NCBI RefSeq assembly: GCF_900187275.1
Contig: NZ_LT906458.1
Location: 1,200,001-1,232,000 of the forward strand
Source of the DNA: Pasteurella multocida
GTDB taxonomy: Bacteria; Pseudomonadota; Gammaproteobacteria; Enterobacterales; Pasteurellaceae
Length of the DNA: 32,000 nucleotides
Reading direction: 5' to 3'
Below the pieces are notes generated by a model. That model searched no databases. It saw only the letters and a program-made list of their open reading frames with translations, and was not told the origin of the DNA. Below are positions 1-12,752 of the stretch, piece after piece (position 1 is the first letter of the stretch; every line of letters starts with the position of its first letter). The position numbers were made by a program, and so were the translations under genes.

Positions 1-580
1 CTTTAGCCAGTTGCTCATTTGGAATAATAATCAGAGAATCGACGTGTTTAGAAAGTTCTTTAATCCCCATTTCAGCAAATAACATCCGTTTTTTGCCTTC
101 AAAAGAGAACGGTTTTGTGACGACAGCAACAGTTAAAATACCCAGTTCTTTAGCAATTTGTGCAACGATTGGCGCGGCACCTGTTCCTGTACCACCGCCC
201 ATGCCCGCTGCGATAAAGACCATATCTGCCCCTTCAAGCATCGCCCGAATAGCTTCTTGGTCATCTTCTGCCGCTTTACGTCCAACATTCGGATTGGCAC
301 CTGCACCTAAACCTTTTGTTGTTGAACCACCAATTTGGACGGTTTGCTGAACTTGGCTTTTACGTAAAGCTTGTGCATCCGTGTTCACAGCATAAAAAAT
401 AATTTTGCCATGTTCATCTGAATTCATGACTGCTTCATCTAAAAGTGTTCCACCAATATCATTTTTAATCATATTGGCTACCATGTGGTTAACAGCGTTA
501 CCGCCACCACCACCGACGCCCACAACTTTAATGAGAGCTCCGTCCATTTCACCAAGATCATAATCTACTGGTTCAAACAT
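1..580 (-). CDS. ftsZ: Cell division GTPase FtsZ, N-terminal ~193 codons (3' end runs off the window)
   Basis: Absent from the ORF track because no stop lies in the window. Minus-strand ATG at 578-580 is preceded by GGAGA. My translation reads [33 protein letters not shown]...[20 protein letters not shown], which includes the tubulin-type GGGTGTG signature. It follows ftsA as in canonical dcw clusters. Confidence 0.95.
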   Translation of the reverse strand, partial: MFEPVDYDLGEMDGALIKVVGVGGGGGNAVNHMVANMIKNDIGGTLLDEAVMNSDEHGKIIFYAVNTDAQALRKSQVQQTVQIGGSTTKGLGAGANPNVGRKAAEDDQEAIRAMLEGADMVFIAAGMGGGTGTGAAPIVAQIAKELGILTVAVVTKPFSFEGKKRMLFAEMGIKELSKHVDSLIIIPNEQLAK

Positions 581-664
581 ATTCATTCTCCGTCAATGCT
601 AATTCTCTGCTAGCACATTATTAAAACCTAAATATTTCTTATTGTAGATGAAAAATAGGAATTC

Positions 665-1954
665 TCAAAACTCTGAACCTACTTTCTTTGCAATTTTTTT
701 CATTCCAGACCAAAGGGAACCAAAAAAACCACTTTCATTACTATAAGCATCATTAATTGGGCTTTCATCATTGCTACTATATTCATACTGTAATAAGCCA
801 AGTACTGTAGAATATTGCGGTTTTTTCTCTACGAGATGAGTAACCCCAGTAATATTGAGTGGATTACCAATACGTACATGCAAACCAAATACATCCGTTG
901 CACATTCTTTCAAGTCTTTAATTTGCGCGCCACCGCCGGTGATAACAATACCCGCGATTAACTCAAATTTCATTTGTTTACTTTCTAAATCATATTTAAG
1001 CTGAATGAGTTCTTCTTTGACTAATTCAAGAATCTCACGATAACGCCCCGCGGTAACATTAGATAAACGTGTTTTTGAACAACGCTCAATCACACTGCCA
1101 TCAATACTCATGACATCAAATTGTTCTTCTGGGTTTTGTCTTGGTGGTGTCACCGCACTACCGTATTTGACTTTAATATTCTCAGCTTCAACACGAGAGG
1201 TTGTTAAATCATATGCAATATCATCAGTCACACGATTGCCAGCATAAGGGATGACTTTACTAAAACGTAATGCGCCATTGGTATACACCATCACTTCCAT
1301 AGTACCTGCACCAAAATCAATCAAGCACACCCCTAAATCTTTCTCATCTTCAGTTAACACCGAATGGCTTGTTGCAATTCCAGAGAAAATCACTTTGTCA
1401 ATTTTCAGTTTACAGCGTTCAACCGCTTGACGTAAGTTATTTAGCCAATCCTGGTGGCAAGCAATTAAATGCACATTAGAAGTTAAACGACCACCTTGAA
1501 AACCCAGTGGATTTTTAATATTTTTTTGCTGATCAACGGCATATTCTTGTGGCAAACGATGCAACACCACTAATCCTTCTGGCATTTTGATTGAACTCGC
1601 TGTATGCAAGGCCGCATCAATATCTTCTTGTGTCACTTCTGTATCTGCAATCGGCGCAGCACCACTGTCATTCCAACTTTGGATATGTTGACCAGTTATC
1701 GCTAACGTAACACTAATAATTTCACAATCTGCCACCGACTCTGCTAATTCAATCGCTCTTTGTACTGAAGTCACAACCGCATTTAAATCGGTAATATTGC
1801 CCTTATCAATGCCTTTAGCAGGACAACTGCCTACTCCTAGAATATTCACTACGCCATCAGGTAAAAGTTCACCGACTAAAGCCACGACTTTAGATGTCCC
1901 CACCTCTAATCCAACAATAATTTTTGATTCCACAATTTTTGCCATTTTTATCAC
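665..1954 (-). CDS. ftsA: Cell division protein FtsA (actin-like ATPase)
   Basis: 429-aa [20 protein letters not shown] and DFGAGTM actin-fold motifs and a C-terminal amphipathic tail ([16 protein letters not shown]) align with E. coli FtsA as I recall it. The track start at 1954 is GTG. The ATG at 1945 (MAKIVESK...) is an equally plausible start. Confidence 0.93.
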   Translation of the reverse strand: MIKMAKIVESKIIVGLEVGTSKVVALVGELLPDGVVNILGVGSCPAKGIDKGNITDLNAVVTSVQRAIELAESVADCEIISVTLAITGQHIQSWNDSGAAPIADTEVTQEDIDAALHTASSIKMPEGLVVLHRLPQEYAVDQQKNIKNPLGFQGGRLTSNVHLIACHQDWLNNLRQAVERCKLKIDKVIFSGIATSHSVLTEDEKDLGVCLIDFGAGTMEVMVYTNGALRFSKVIPYAGNRVTDDIAYDLTTSRVEAENIKVKYGSAVTPPRQNPEEQFDVMSIDGSVIERCSKTRLSNVTAGRYREILELVKEELIQLKYDLESKQMKFELIAGIVITGGGAQIKDLKECATDVFGLHVRIGNPLNITGVTHLVEKKPQYSTVLGLLQYEYSSNDESPINDAYSNESGFFGSLWSGMKKIAKKVGSEF

Positions 1955-1970
1955 TTTACATCGTCTAAAA

Positions 1971-2747
1971 CTAATTTATGTCAGCCTCTGAAAATCCTAC
2001 TGCTGCCCCAACACTATATCGCAAATCGACATAAGATAATTTTTTATTTTCAGGTATCTCAATTTGTGGGTAAATGGTCACAAAACGATCTAATTTTGCT
2101 TTCCATTCCCCTCTGCCTAATTTTAATACAAGATTATTATCAAGTACAATTTGCCATGCGCCGCGATCATCAATGGCGATTGCCTTTAGCGCTAACCCTT
2201 TCTCTTTTAAATTGAGATACACTTGATTCCACGCTTGTAATACTTTCGCACTTTGATAATCGGGTCCTGACAAGTGCGGTAAATTTTTTTCTTTTAATTT
2301 ATCAAAAGGTAATTGGAAAATCGCCCCATCGCTTGAGAGAAATTCAGCGTCATTCCAAATCGCAATTGGCGTATGTTCCGCTAAAGCAATACTGAGTTTA
2401 TCTGGCCATATTTTGCGTACCACCGCCCCTTTTATCCAAGGCATGGTTTCAATTTGTTCGCGTACGGCATCAATGTCTTGACCAAAAAAACCTTTTAAAT
2501 CGCCCATTTTCAATACTACATCACGAATATCATCGTAAGTGGTAAACGTCGGTGTTCCCGTTAAAATAAAGGCACTAATGGGTTTACTATCAAGTTTATC
2601 CATAAGCTGCTGCCAGTTTGCATAAGCATAAAAAAACACGGCAATACAACATAGCAAAAAGGTCAATTTAAGGTTCTTTATCATCCCTATCTTGGTCTCA
2701 TTGCTTTTTTTCACGCCCTGTGTTGTTTTACGTTTTAAGCCTTTCAT
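1971..2747 (-). CDS. ftsQ: Cell division protein FtsQ
   Basis: 258-aa ORF with a basic N-terminus, one TM helix ([16 protein letters not shown]) and a periplasmic POTRA-like body. It sits between ddlB and ftsA. Its start overlaps the ddlB stop by 4 nt. Confidence 0.88.
   Translation of the reverse strand: MKGLKRKTTQGVKKSNETKIGMIKNLKLTFLLCCIAVFFYAYANWQQLMDKLDSKPISAFILTGTPTFTTYDDIRDVVLKMGDLKGFFGQDIDAVREQIETMPWIKGAVVRKIWPDKLSIALAEHTPIAIWNDAEFLSSDGAIFQLPFDKLKEKNLPHLSGPDYQSAKVLQAWNQVYLNLKEKGLALKAIAIDDRGAWQIVLDNNLVLKLGRGEWKAKLDRFVTIYPQIEIPENKKLSYVDLRYSVGAAVGFSEADIN
2272..2280 (+). repeat. Uptake signal sequence core (Hin-type USS)
   Basis: Exact AAGTGCGGT followed by aaattttttt, inside ftsQ. Confidence 0.85.
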
Positions 2748-3673
2748 TCAGCACTCAACTCCAAAATCTTCACAACCAGTTGCTCAAATGAATAGCCGAC
2801 TGTTGCGGCGGATTTAGGAAATAAACTATGACTTGTCATGCCCGGGTTCGTATTCACTTCCACTAAACGGAACGCATCATTGCCATCTAACATCACATCA
2901 ATACGGCTCCAACCACGACATCCCACCACATCATAAGCTTGTTTCACCAATTGTTTTAATTCATCTTCACGTTCAGCACTTAAGCCAGATGGACAAAAAT
3001 ATTGGGTATTATCTGAAATGTACTTCGCCTCATAATCATAAAATTCACCTTCTGGCACAATACGAATAGAAGGTAGCACTTCATTATCTAATACAGGAAC
3101 CGTAAATTCGGCACCGGATAACCACTCTTCAATTAAGACCGTATCATCGTATTTTAAGGCAAAATCGACCGCACTTTTCAGATCTTCCACCCGTTTTACT
3201 TTGGTTAACCCTACACTAGAGCCTTCTAATGAAGGTTTCACCATTACAGGTAAGCCTAACTTTTCGACAACAGCACTAGGATTAAGTTCTCCCACATTGG
3301 CTTTTGTCACAATTTCCATCTCTGCAACGGGTAAACCAAAGGCTTTCCACAGCATTTTTGTTCGCATCTTATCCATTGTCAGTGCTGAGGTCATGACGCC
3401 ACACCCCGTATAGGGAATACCAATCTGTTCTAATAATCCCTGCATGGTGCCATCTTCACCGCCACGACCATGTAAAATATTAAAAACACGATCAAAACCC
3501 TGTTCTTTTAAAGTCGCTACAGGAAAAGTTTTCGGATCGATAGGGTGAGCATCAAAGCCAGCACTCAGTAACGCATTGAGCACCGCCTGACCTGAATCCA
3601 AAGAAACCTCACGCTCTGCTGAAGTGCCCCCTAATAACACGGCAATTTTTTCTTGTTTTAATGTTTTTTTCAT
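2744..3673 (-). CDS. ddlB: D-alanine--D-alanine ligase
   Basis: ATP-grasp Ddl motifs ([26 protein letters not shown]). I place the start at the ATG at 3673 (MKKTLKQEK...). It has an AGGTGG Shine-Dalgarno 6 nt upstream and no longer overlaps the murC stop. The ORF track extends to 3697. Confidence 0.92.
   Translation of the reverse strand: MKKTLKQEKIAVLLGGTSAEREVSLDSGQAVLNALLSAGFDAHPIDPKTFPVATLKEQGFDRVFNILHGRGGEDGTMQGLLEQIGIPYTGCGVMTSALTMDKMRTKMLWKAFGLPVAEMEIVTKANVGELNPSAVVEKLGLPVMVKPSLEGSSVGLTKVKRVEDLKSAVDFALKYDDTVLIEEWLSGAEFTVPVLDNEVLPSIRIVPEGEFYDYEAKYISDNTQYFCPSGLSAEREDELKQLVKQAYDVVGCRGWSRIDVMLDGNDAFRLVEVNTNPGMTSHSLFPKSAATVGYSFEQLVVKILELSAE
3168..3176 (-). repeat. Uptake signal sequence core (Hin-type USS)
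   Basis: Exact ACCGCACTT (reverse complement of AAGTGCGGT), inside ddlB. Confidence 0.85.
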
Positions 3674-3681
3674 TGTACCAC

Positions 3682-5130
3682 CTATTCTTTGGTCCAAGTT
3701 TCTGCTAATTGACGCGCAATTTTACTCACATTACCCGCACCCTGTGCCAAAATTAAATCCCCATCTTGTAAAACTTGATCTAGAATCTCTCCTAACTGAC
3801 GATGATCAGAGACAAAAATAGGATCGACCTTACCTAAGTTACGAATAGAACGACACAAAGAACGGCTATCTGCGCCGGCAATCGGTGTTTCACCAGCCGC
3901 ATACACATCTAACATAATTAAGACATCCACTTGCGAAAGCACTTGGACAAAATCATCAAATAAGTCACGTGTTCTTGAATAACGATGCGGTTGAAAAATC
4001 ATCGCAATACGCTTATTTTCCCAACCTTGGCGTGCGGCTTGAATGGTCACGCCCACTTCCGTTGGATGATGACCATAATCATCAACTAACATCACTTTGC
4101 CATTTGGACGAATAAATTGACCAAGTTGATCAAATCGACGTCCTGCTCCTTGGAAATCGGCTAAGGCAGCAAGAATCGCTTCATTACCAATACCTTCTTC
4201 TTTCGCTACCACTAGCGCCGCCGTGGCATTCAATGCATTATGGCGACCCGGTACATTCAACAACACATCAATGCGCTCACCACTTGGTGTGATGACAGTG
4301 TAATGCCCTTGGAATCCTGTTTGCTGATAATCTTCAATGCGATAATCCGCTTTTTCACTGAAGCCATAGGTAATCACTTGGCGTCCAACTTTGGGTGTCA
4401 GTTCAGTTAATACATCATCATCCGCGCACAACACCGCCAGTCCATAAAATGGCAAATTATGTAAGAAATTCACATAGGTGTGTTTCATCTCTTCAAAACT
4501 GCCCTGATACGTTTCCATATGATCGGGTTCAATGTTAGTCACGACAGACACCATCGGCTGCAAATGTAAAAATGAAGCATCACTTTCATCCGCTTCGGCA
4601 ATTAAGTAGCGACTACAACCTAAATGGGCATTAGTTCCCGCAGACTTCACTAATCCACCATTTACGAAAGTCGGATCCAAGCCCGCTTCAGCATAAATCA
4701 TTGAAATCATTGCTGTAGTCGTCGTCTTACCATGTGTACCCGCCACCGCAATACCATGACGGAAACGCATAATTTCAGCCAACATTTGTGCACGCTGAAT
4801 AACCGGAATACGTCTTTCTTGTGCCGCGACGACTTCAACATTATCTGCTCTTATCGCACTTGACACCACAACCACACTTGCCCCATCGATATTCTCTGCC
4901 GCATGCGAGAAAGCAATCTTGGCACCTAAGGACGTTAAGCGTGCCGTGACCGCACTTTCCATAATATCCGAGCCAGTGACAAAATAACCTTCATTTAATA
5001 ACACTTCTGCAATCCCGCCCATACCAGCGCCGCCAATACCAACAAAATGGATCTGACGAACACGGCGCATTTCCGGGATCATATCTCTTACCCGTTGCTG
5101 AAAAGCTTTACCACATTTTGAATTCATCAT
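3682..5130 (-). CDS. murC: UDP-N-acetylmuramate--L-alanine ligase
   Basis: 482-aa [30 protein letters not shown] and the [12 protein letters not shown]-loop are close to E. coli MurC as recalled. Confidence 0.95.
   Translation of the reverse strand: MMNSKCGKAFQQRVRDMIPEMRRVRQIHFVGIGGAGMGGIAEVLLNEGYFVTGSDIMESAVTARLTSLGAKIAFSHAAENIDGASVVVVSSAIRADNVEVVAAQERRIPVIQRAQMLAEIMRFRHGIAVAGTHGKTTTTAMISMIYAEAGLDPTFVNGGLVKSAGTNAHLGCSRYLIAEADESDASFLHLQPMVSVVTNIEPDHMETYQGSFEEMKHTYVNFLHNLPFYGLAVLCADDDVLTELTPKVGRQVITYGFSEKADYRIEDYQQTGFQGHYTVITPSGERIDVLLNVPGRHNALNATAALVVAKEEGIGNEAILAALADFQGAGRRFDQLGQFIRPNGKVMLVDDYGHHPTEVGVTIQAARQGWENKRIAMIFQPHRYSRTRDLFDDFVQVLSQVDVLIMLDVYAAGETPIAGADSRSLCRSIRNLGKVDPIFVSDHRQLGEILDQVLQDGDLILAQGAGNVSKIARQLAETWTKE
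4949..4957 (-). repeat. Uptake signal sequence core (Hin-type USS)
   Basis: Exact ACCGCACTT, inside murC. Confidence 0.85.
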
Positions 5131-5140
5131 TTACACGTTC

Positions 5141-6205
5141 CTAATTTTGATTCGCTTCTTCGATAATCACTTCCGCGACACGTTGTGCGGCGAGTGGGGT
5201 TGCCATGGCTTTTGCTTTAATTGCCATTTGTTGCAAGGTTTCACGATCGAATTGCGTTAATACACTCACTAATTTCTCCGCAGTCAATTCTGCTTGTGGA
5301 ATAATGGTTGCCGCACCGGCATCCGCTAAATATTTCGCATTTAAATACTGTTGTTGATCTTTATGCTGAAATGGCACAAAAATCGCTGCTGCGCCTACTG
5401 CAGCAAGTTCACTTACGGTTAAAGCACCTGAACGACAAATGACGATATCTGCCCAAGCATAGGCGTCTGCCATATTATCAATAAATTCCGTGATGGTGAC
5501 TGAAGCATGTTCTGGATACAATGTCGTGACTTGCTCAACGGCACCTTGCCCAACTTGATGACGAACTTCAAGTTTGTCGGATAATTGTGCAATAACATTG
5601 GGCAACGTTTGATTAAGGACTCTTGCGCCCTGACTACCGCCTACCACGAGTACACGTAATTTCCCTTCTCGCCCTGCAAAACGTTGTTCTGGCGTAGGTT
5701 GAGAAAACAATGTTTGTCGTACGGGATTACCAACTACTTCCGCATTGGGAAACGCAGTTGGAAAGGCTTGTAAAACTCGTCTGGCAATTTTTGCTAACCA
5801 ACTATTGGTTAAGCCTGCTACCGCATTTTGCTCATGTAAAATCACAGGGATGCCACATAATTTTGCCGCAATGCCACCCGGACCAGACACATAGCCCCCC
5901 ATGCCTAATACAGCATGTGGTTGATAGGCTTTAATAATTTTACGTGCCTGTAATATTGCTCTAAAAATACTAAAAGGCGCACTCAGTAAAGCTTTTATCC
6001 CTTTACCGCGTAAGCCTGAAATTTGGATAAATTGAATAGGGATATGATGTTTTGGCACTAATTGCGCTTCCATACGATCCGCCGTCCCTAACCAACAAAT
6101 ATCCCACCCTTGTTGTTGTAAATATTGTGCCACCGCAATTGCAGGGAAGACATGCCCCCCGGTCCCGCCTGCCATGACTAATAATCTTTTCTTTTGTTCG
6201 CTCAC
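5141..6205 (-). CDS. murG: UDP-GlcNAc:lipid I N-acetylglucosaminyl transferase MurG
   Basis: [23 protein letters not shown]28 signature. The track start at 6259 is a TTG that adds a non-conserved 18-aa extension. The GTG at 6205 ([10 protein letters not shown]...) gives ~354 aa, the usual MurG length. Confidence 0.9.
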   Translation of the reverse strand: MSEQKKRLLVMAGGTGGHVFPAIAVAQYLQQQGWDICWLGTADRMEAQLVPKHHIPIQFIQISGLRGKGIKALLSAPFSIFRAILQARKIIKAYQPHAVLGMGGYVSGPGGIAAKLCGIPVILHEQNAVAGLTNSWLAKIARRVLQAFPTAFPNAEVVGNPVRQTLFSQPTPEQRFAGREGKLRVLVVGGSQGARVLNQTLPNVIAQLSDKLEVRHQVGQGAVEQVTTLYPEHASVTITEFIDNMADAYAWADIVICRSGALTVSELAAVGAAAIFVPFQHKDQQQYLNAKYLADAGAATIIPQAELTAEKLVSVLTQFDRETLQQMAIKAKAMATPLAAQRVAEVIIEEANQN

Positions 6206-6258
6206 ATCCCGTCCCTTTGCTTTATGCACCCACAAAAACCACGTGATTTTTGCCTTCA

Positions 6259-6267
6259 AAGTGCGGT
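6259..6267 (+). repeat. Uptake signal sequence core (Hin-type USS)
   Basis: Exact AAGTGCGGT followed by cgtttttt, in the ftsW-murG junction. Confidence 0.85.
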
Positions 6268-6282
6268 CGTTTTTTGTAAATT

Positions 6283-7473
6283 TTAATCATCCCGTAAACG
6301 TGCTTGCCCAATTCGCATTAATCGATTTTCATGATCAATTCGCAGTAACAAGCCAATGGTCATAGACATAATAATTAAACTGGAGCCACCATAACTGATG
6401 AGCGGAAAGGTTAAACCTTTGGTAGGTAACAAGCCGAGAGACATCCCTAAATTGACAAAACCTTGGAAGAAAATCCAAAAGCTGATACCAAAGGCAAAGA
6501 AACCTTTAAAGCGTTGTTCTAATAATAAGGATTCCCGCCCAATTTTCATGGCACGGAAAATTAACAGCCCGAGTAATATCACAATCACTAAAATGCCTAA
6601 AAAACCGAACTCCTCGCCCACTACTGCCATCACGAAGTCAGTATGCGCTTCAGGTAAATATTCTAATTTTTGAATGGAATTCCCGAGTCCTTCTCCTATC
6701 CATTCACCGCGCCCAAATGCCATTAAAGAGTTAGAGAGTTGGAAACCGGTACCGTAGGGATCTTTAAAAGGATCAAGAAAACCTGTGAAACGTTTTAAAC
6801 GATAAGCGGAAGATAAAACTAACCACACAAACAAAAGTCCGCCAAACGCCATTAAGCCAACAAACTGCCAAAAGTTAGCCCCAACAATAAATAATAGTCC
6901 GAAAGTAATCACAAAAAGAACGACGGTACTGCCGAGATCAGGCTGTGATAATAAAAAGAGTCCCATCAATCCCATCAACGCAAAGGGCTTAAATGCACTG
7001 AGTTTACGACTTCTCACCTCATCATATTTACGCGTAAAATAGCTGGCTAAAAAACACGTCAGCGCCAATTTCGCAAATTCTGCTGGCTGGAAGTTAAATA
7101 ACACCATCGGAATCCAACGACGCGCCCCATTTACGGATAAGCCAATGCCAGGAATAAGTACTAGAATCAACAGAAAAATAGCAAACGCAAATAAGCGGAC
7201 ATGCCATTGTTCCCATTTCTCCATTGGCACTTGCACACACAGATAACAGGTCACACAGGAAAGAAATACATAAATCGCATCACGCTTGGCGAAGTAAAAC
7301 GGATCTTTAAATAAGCGGGTTCCCACTGGAATAGACGCAGAAGAAACGGCCAATAAGCCAATTAAAAGTAAAACAAAAAAGAGCAACAGCAAGGCACGAT
7401 CGTATAACAAATTACTCGGTGTAATACGCGTCCAATCCTCATATTGCTGCTTTACTTTATCTAAAAATGGCAT
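6283..7473 (-). CDS. ftsW: SEDS-family lipid II flippase/peptidoglycan polymerase FtsW
   Basis: 396-aa polytopic membrane ORF with the C-terminal [12 protein letters not shown] motif typical of FtsW/RodA. It is in the expected dcw position between murD and murG. Confidence 0.92.
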   Translation of the reverse strand: MPFLDKVKQQYEDWTRITPSNLLYDRALLLLFFVLLLIGLLAVSSASIPVGTRLFKDPFYFAKRDAIYVFLSCVTCYLCVQVPMEKWEQWHVRLFAFAIFLLILVLIPGIGLSVNGARRWIPMVLFNFQPAEFAKLALTCFLASYFTRKYDEVRSRKLSAFKPFALMGLMGLFLLSQPDLGSTVVLFVITFGLLFIVGANFWQFVGLMAFGGLLFVWLVLSSAYRLKRFTGFLDPFKDPYGTGFQLSNSLMAFGRGEWIGEGLGNSIQKLEYLPEAHTDFVMAVVGEEFGFLGILVIVILLGLLIFRAMKIGRESLLLEQRFKGFFAFGISFWIFFQGFVNLGMSLGLLPTKGLTFPLISYGGSSLIIMSMTIGLLLRIDHENRLMRIGQARLRDD

Positions 7474-7484
7474 ACTGCTTTCAC

Positions 7485-8789
7485 CTAACTTAATTTTGCT
7501 AAACGTGTAAATTCATCACCACGTTGTTCGAAACTGCTAAACTGATCTAAACTGGCACAAGCAGGAGAAAGTAAAACCATATCACCTGCTGACAAGGTTG
7601 GGCGTAAGGCGTTGATCGCTTCTTCCATTGTGCTAAAACGTTGACTTCTTGGCGAGAGTGCTGCAAGTTGTTCGCCATCTTGACCAAAACAATAGCAAAT
7701 AATATTCGGTTGATTAATTAAACTGGCTAATTCCGAAAAGTCCGCACCTTTACCATCACCACCGAGTAACAAATGCAATGTCCCGTTTAACTGTAAGCCA
7801 GTTAATGCGGCAACAGTACTGCCCACATTGGTGGCTTTTGAATCATTCACCCAGCGTACACCATGGGCAAAATGAGCTAATTGGAAACGGTGATCTAGCC
7901 CGTTAAACTCACGCAATGCACGACGAATACTCTCTAATGGAATACCGGCAGCCTGTGCTAATGCGATGGCCGCCAGTGCATTCATATAGTTATGACGTCC
8001 AACTAATTTCATCTCATCACAAGCCAACACCCGTTCGTCTTTCGCCATCAAATATGACCGCCCTTTTTCGGTTTTTAACCAATAATCAGCATTGTCTTCG
8101 CCAAAGCTTACTCCATTTTTTAATCCGTCCATTGCGGTTAGTGCATCTTCCGCATTAATCACCGCAGTTTGGGCATGATGATAGATTTTTAATTTTGCTT
8201 GGCGATAGTCTTCTAAGTCCACATAGCGATTCATGTGATCTTCACTAATATTTAACACCGTTGCAGAAGTGGCTTTTAAGCTGTATGTCGTTTCTAGTTG
8301 GAAACTGGATAATTCCAATACATACATATCATGTGCTTGTTCTAATAACGACAGTGCAGGAATACCAATATTACCGCCCATGCCAACCTTCAAGCCCGCC
8401 GCATTTACCATGTGCGCAACAAGTGATGTCACAGTGCTTTTGCCATTTGAGCCCGTAATCGCAATAATCGGCTTTTTCGCTTCACGGCAGAACAGCTCAA
8501 TATCGCCAATCACCTCAATACCTGCTGCAAGTGCGGTCTGAATTTCTGGTGTTTTAACCGCTAATCCTGGACTAATAATAATCAGATCACTCTCGAGTAA
8601 CCATTGTTGGTTTAAACTGCCAGTATGCAACGGTACATTTTTTGCCAATTGTTCCGCCCCTGCCGGCTGCGTTCTCGTATCAATCACACGCACATCCGCT
8701 TGTTTTGCCAGTAGGAAATCAACACAAGATAGCCCTGTTTTCCCCAAACCAATCACGGTAACTTTTTTATTTTTATAAGACGTTTGCAT
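7485..8789 (-). CDS. murD: UDP-N-acetylmuramoylalanine--D-glutamate ligase
   Basis: 434-aa ORF with an N-terminal Rossmann motif (VIGLGKTG) and Mur-ligase P-loop (GSNGKSTV). It is in the expected dcw position. Confidence 0.93.
   Translation of the reverse strand: MQTSYKNKKVTVIGLGKTGLSCVDFLLAKQADVRVIDTRTQPAGAEQLAKNVPLHTGSLNQQWLLESDLIIISPGLAVKTPEIQTALAAGIEVIGDIELFCREAKKPIIAITGSNGKSTVTSLVAHMVNAAGLKVGMGGNIGIPALSLLEQAHDMYVLELSSFQLETTYSLKATSATVLNISEDHMNRYVDLEDYRQAKLKIYHHAQTAVINAEDALTAMDGLKNGVSFGEDNADYWLKTEKGRSYLMAKDERVLACDEMKLVGRHNYMNALAAIALAQAAGIPLESIRRALREFNGLDHRFQLAHFAHGVRWVNDSKATNVGSTVAALTGLQLNGTLHLLLGGDGKGADFSELASLINQPNIICYCFGQDGEQLAALSPRSQRFSTMEEAINALRPTLSAGDMVLLSPACASLDQFSSFEQRGDEFTRLAKLS
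8529..8537 (+). repeat. Uptake signal sequence core (Hin-type USS)
   Basis: Exact AAGTGCGGT, inside murD. Confidence 0.85.
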
Positions 8790-8807
8790 AAGATATCGTT
8801 TTGTGTT

Positions 8808-9890
8808 TTAGCGAAGTTTTAAAGTAACGAGCCCAACAAGGACCAGCATTAAGGAAATAATCCAAAAGCGGACGATCACGCGTGGTTCTGGCCAGCCTTT
8901 TAACTCAAAATGATGATGAATGGGTGCCATACGAAAAATACGCTGTTTACGTAATTTATAAGACCCCACCTGTAAGATAACGGAGAGTGTCTCGACCACA
9001 AATACCCCGCCCATAATGACTAATAAGAATTCTTGGCGGACTAACACCGCAACCACTCCCAAGGCGCCTCCTAAGGCTAATGAGCCAACATCGCCCATGA
9101 AAACTTGCGCCGGATAAGTATTAAACCAGAGAAAACCAAGCCCTGCGCCCACAATCGCCGTACAGAACACCACTAATTCAGCACTAAATTTGATATAAGG
9201 AATGTGTAAATATTCTGCAAAATTCACGTTACCGGTTGCCCACGCAATCAACGCAAATGCTCCCGCGACTAAGACCGTCGGCATAATTGCTAATCCATCT
9301 AAACCGTCAGTGAGGTTGACGGCGTTGCTGGTTCCCACAATCACAAAGTAAGTCAGAATAATATAGAATAAACCTAATTGTGGCATGATTTCTTTAAAGA
9401 AAGGCACGACTAAACGGGTTGCATCCGTATCTTTCCCAATCGCATACATACCAAAGGCGGCAACAAGCGCAATCACAGATAACCAGAAATATTTCCAGCG
9501 TGCAATTAAGCCATCGGTATTTTTACGGGTAATCTTACGGTAATCATCCACGAACCCAATTGCCCCATAACCTAATAACACAAACAAGCTAAACCAGACG
9601 TAAGGATTCGCCAAATTCGCCCATAATAAAGTACTTACAGTAATCGCAAATAAAATCATGACACCGCCCATAGTTGGTGTGCCACGTTTACTAAAATGAC
9701 TTTCCGGTCCATCATGACGAACTTCTTGACCAAATTTGAGTAGCTGTAAACGACGAATGACTTTCGGACCAATCCACAACGAGACCAAAAGTGCGGTTAA
9801 TAACGCTAAAATGGCACGTACTGTGATATAAGAGATCACATTAAATCCGCTGTAATATTGTTGTAAAAACTCACCGAGCCAAACTAACAT
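8808..9890 (-). CDS. mraY: Phospho-N-acetylmuramoyl-pentapeptide transferase
   Basis: 360-aa, ~10-TM ORF with [13 protein letters not shown] and HHHFE motifs. This is the same length as E. coli MraY. Confidence 0.95.
   Translation of the reverse strand: MLVWLGEFLQQYYSGFNVISYITVRAILALLTALLVSLWIGPKVIRRLQLLKFGQEVRHDGPESHFSKRGTPTMGGVMILFAITVSTLLWANLANPYVWFSLFVLLGYGAIGFVDDYRKITRKNTDGLIARWKYFWLSVIALVAAFGMYAIGKDTDATRLVVPFFKEIMPQLGLFYIILTYFVIVGTSNAVNLTDGLDGLAIMPTVLVAGAFALIAWATGNVNFAEYLHIPYIKFSAELVVFCTAIVGAGLGFLWFNTYPAQVFMGDVGSLALGGALGVVAVLVRQEFLLVIMGGVFVVETLSVILQVGSYKLRKQRIFRMAPIHHHFELKGWPEPRVIVRFWIISLMLVLVGLVTLKLR
9789..9797 (+). repeat. Uptake signal sequence core (Hin-type USS)
   Basis: Exact AAGTGCGGT, inside mraY. 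Confidence 0.85.
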
Positions 9891-11266
9891 ACAAAGTTTT
9901 CCCTTAAAGTATTAATCACATCCTCCATTTGCATTCGACGTGATCCTTTTGCTAATAAAACGATTTTTTGATTTTCTTTTAATTTTTCACTCAACAGTTG
10001 CGTTAGTTCACGGCACAACAACGCTTTATCCGTAAAATGTTTACCTAAACATGCTTGAGAAATCACCGCACTTTCGCTGCCAAACGAGTACACCCTCTCT
10101 AATTGCGCCGCTTTCGCACATTCCGCCACCTGTTGATGACAAATTTGGCTATTTTCGCCTAATTCTGCCATATCTCCAACAACTAAAATTCGAAATGCGT
10201 CATATTTTTGTAGAACACGAATCGCTGATTGTAATGAATCCACATTGGCATTATAAGTATCATCGAGTAATAAGAGATTGTCACAAGGTTGTACTGGATA
10301 TAACCGCCCTTTCACTTGTGTGCGAACTTCTAAACCTTGTTTGATTTGCGCTAATGTCGCCCCCACATTCATGGTTAACGCAGAGGCAGCTAAAGCATTT
10401 TTGACATTATGTTCCCCCAAATAAGGGAGATGAATCGTGGTTTTCCCTTGTGGTGTACATAAATCAAAAGTCGATCCCGCTTCATGAAATATAACATTAT
10501 CGGCATAAAAATCGGCTGTGTTATCTTGATAAGCGAAATATTGTACCGTGTGAACAGCAATATCCTGCGCCCACTTACTGCGATAATCATGCTCTTTATT
10601 GATAATCGCCACACCATCCGGCTGTAAACCACGATAAATTTCACCTTTGGCTGTTGCCACACCTTCAAGACTGCCAAAGCCTTCTAGATGAGCAGCAGCC
10701 ACATTATTCACTAATGCCACATTCGGTTGTACTAACCCCGTGGTATAAGCGATTTCACCTTGATGATTTGCGCCTAATTCAATCACCGCAAATTGATGTT
10801 GCTCGGTTAAACGCAATAAGGTTAAAGGCACACCAATATCATTATTAAAATTACCTTGTGTAAATAAAACCTGCTCAACACCGACCGCACTTTGTAGAAT
10901 GCTAGCGGTCATTTCTTTTACTGTGGTTTTGCCGGATGATCCTGTCATCGCTAGCGTGCGTGGATTCACTTGCTGTTTCACCCATTTAGCAAGTTCTCCA
11001 AGTGCAATGCGTGTATCCTTAACGATCAACTGCGGTACTGAAATTTGCGTATCCGCACGCTCAACCACAAGGGCGTTTGCCCCTTGTGCGACGGCTTTAT
11101 CTAAATAATTATGCGCATCAAAATGTTCACCTTTTAAGGCAAAAAAGAGTGAACTGGCAACACGCTGACGCGTATCTGTACTGATATTCTCTACAACAAC
11201 ATTTGCCTCGCCCACCAATTCGGCTTGTAAAATCGTTGCCAGTTGTTTTGTTGTTAATTTAAGCAT
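9884..11266 (-). CDS. murF: UDP-MurNAc-tripeptide--D-alanyl-D-alanine ligase
   Basis: 460-aa ORF with P-loop [11 protein letters not shown]. Its stop overlaps the mraY start by 7 nt, and its start overlaps the murE stop by 8 nt. Confidence 0.93.
   Translation of the reverse strand: MLKLTTKQLATILQAELVGEANVVVENISTDTRQRVASSLFFALKGEHFDAHNYLDKAVAQGANALVVERADTQISVPQLIVKDTRIALGELAKWVKQQVNPRTLAMTGSSGKTTVKEMTASILQSAVGVEQVLFTQGNFNNDIGVPLTLLRLTEQHQFAVIELGANHQGEIAYTTGLVQPNVALVNNVAAAHLEGFGSLEGVATAKGEIYRGLQPDGVAIINKEHDYRSKWAQDIAVHTVQYFAYQDNTADFYADNVIFHEAGSTFDLCTPQGKTTIHLPYLGEHNVKNALAASALTMNVGATLAQIKQGLEVRTQVKGRLYPVQPCDNLLLLDDTYNANVDSLQSAIRVLQKYDAFRILVVGDMAELGENSQICHQQVAECAKAAQLERVYSFGSESAVISQACLGKHFTDKALLCRELTQLLSEKLKENQKIVLLAKGSRRMQMEDVINTLRENFVC
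10065..10073 (-). repeat. Uptake signal sequence core (Hin-type USS)
   Basis: Exact ACCGCACTT, inside murF. Confidence 0.85.
10884..10892 (-). repeat. Uptake signal sequence core (Hin-type USS)
   Basis: Exact ACCGCACTT, inside murF. Confidence 0.85.
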
Positions 11267-12743
11267 GGTGATGATTTACCTTAAAATACTGTTGTACGGT
11301 TTCTTGATCAGAGAAATGCTGTTTCTGTGTGCCGATAATTTGATAGTCTTCATGCCCTTTTCCCGCAATCAGCACGACATCATCACTATCTGCTTTTTGT
11401 AATGCCTGAATAATCGCTTGATCTCGAGCGTGGCAGACCTCAACGTGTTGCGGATGTTCAAATCCAGCCAGAATATCTTGCACAATTTGCGCCGCGGATT
11501 CAGTTCGCGGATTATCATCTGTCACAATCACGTGATCAGCAAATTGCTCCGCAATTTTCGCCATGAGAGGACGTTTACCACGATCACGATCACCACCACA
11601 ACCAAACACACACCACAATTTCCCCTGACAATGTAATCGCGCTGCTTGCAAAGCTTTCTCTAACGCATCTGGCGTATGTGCATAATCCACAATCGCGGTA
11701 GGTTGGTTTGATGCACTTAATCTTTCCATCCGACCACACACCCCCGTTAATTGAGGCACCGTCTTCATGAGTGTTTCGATGTCATAGCCCAATGAAAGTA
11801 AAGTAGCAAACACCAACAGCAAATTACTAACATTAAACTGCCCTATCAACGCACTATGTAATTCGCCTTTTCCCCAACTTGATTCAAATTGAATTCGTGC
11901 ACCTTTCTGACTAAACTGAATCGCAGTTGCTTTCAACCAATGAGCTTGATGAGGTTGGAAATCTGTCTGACAGCTGACGGCTACTGCATTGGGTTGTTCC
12001 TGTAACCAAATTTGTCCGACGCTATCGTCTGCATTAATAATTTGGTGTCGGGAATTCAATTCAGTAAATAAGCGTTTTTTGGCCAACGCATAATTTTCCA
12101 TACTTTGATGATAATCCAAATGATCACGGCTGAGATTAGTAAAAATAGCAATATCAAAGGCTAACGCTTCAACGCGGTGCTGCACTAGTCCATGTGATGA
12201 AACCTCAATCGCGGCGAAATCTGCACCTCGCGTAACAAAATCCGCTAAAGAAGCTTGAACTTCCACCGCAGATCCAGTGGTATTGGTTGCTTCTTTCACC
12301 TGCCCCAACAACCCATTACCAATTGTTCCCATCACAGCACTGCGATGCCCCAGTAATGTTGTCCATTGCGCTAACAATTGCGAAATAGTAGTTTTGCCAT
12401 TCGTGCCCGTCACCCCAACCAAGGTCAATTTGTGCGACGGATTATCATAAAAAAGCCCCGCTAACGCAGAAAGGTGAGAGCCTAATTGATAAAACGAAAT
12501 GATCGGCACCCCTTGTTCTATTTTCGTACTCAAATGTTGCTGTGCATCCTCTGTTTCAGCCAACACCGCACTTGCCCCCTTAGCGATGGCTTGCGGAATA
12601 TACTGACGTCCATCAACTTGGTGCCCCTGTAATGCAACAAAAAGACAGCCTTGCTTTACAGCCCGACTGTCTAGAATCATTTCCGTCAATTCAATATTTG
12701 GGGCAAGTTCAACTTGCCCCAAAAGTGCGGTTAATCTTCGCAT
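11259..12743 (-). CDS. murE: UDP-MurNAc-L-Ala-D-Glu--meso-diaminopimelate ligase
   Basis: 494-aa ORF with P-loop GTNGKTT and a DNPR motif (VTDDNPRTE) characteristic of meso-DAP-adding MurE. Confidence 0.93.
   Translation of the reverse strand: MRRLTALLGQVELAPNIELTEMILDSRAVKQGCLFVALQGHQVDGRQYIPQAIAKGASAVLAETEDAQQHLSTKIEQGVPIISFYQLGSHLSALAGLFYDNPSHKLTLVGVTGTNGKTTISQLLAQWTTLLGHRSAVMGTIGNGLLGQVKEATNTTGSAVEVQASLADFVTRGADFAAIEVSSHGLVQHRVEALAFDIAIFTNLSRDHLDYHQSMENYALAKKRLFTELNSRHQIINADDSVGQIWLQEQPNAVAVSCQTDFQPHQAHWLKATAIQFSQKGARIQFESSWGKGELHSALIGQFNVSNLLLVFATLLSLGYDIETLMKTVPQLTGVCGRMERLSASNQPTAIVDYAHTPDALEKALQAARLHCQGKLWCVFGCGGDRDRGKRPLMAKIAEQFADHVIVTDDNPRTESAAQIVQDILAGFEHPQHVEVCHARDQAIIQALQKADSDDVVLIAGKGHEDYQIIGTQKQHFSDQETVQQYFKVNHHHA
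12565..12573 (-). repeat. Uptake signal sequence core (Hin-type USS)
   Basis: Exact ACCGCACTT, inside murE. Confidence 0.85.
12723..12731 (+). repeat. Uptake signal sequence core (Hin-type USS)
   Basis: Exact AAGTGCGGT, at the 5' end of murE. Confidence 0.85.
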
Positions 12744-12752
12744 AATTTCTTC

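Noticed and set aside
93-350. 85-aa plus-strand ORF (Pro/Ala-rich)
   Set aside because: It is antisense to the highly conserved GGGTGTG region of ftsZ. It is a shadow ORF with low-complexity translation and no RBS.
10390-10677. Alternative-frame and antisense ORFs nested inside larger genes (10390-10677, 19382-19579, 19572-19784, 23292-23489, 23493-23678, 28419-28709, 28583-28831, 29487-29684, 31617-31889 and similar 60-97-aa entries)
   Set aside because: All are embedded in well-supported genes. They lack ribosome-binding sites, and their translations are low-complexity or hydrophobic mirror images typical of shadow ORFs.
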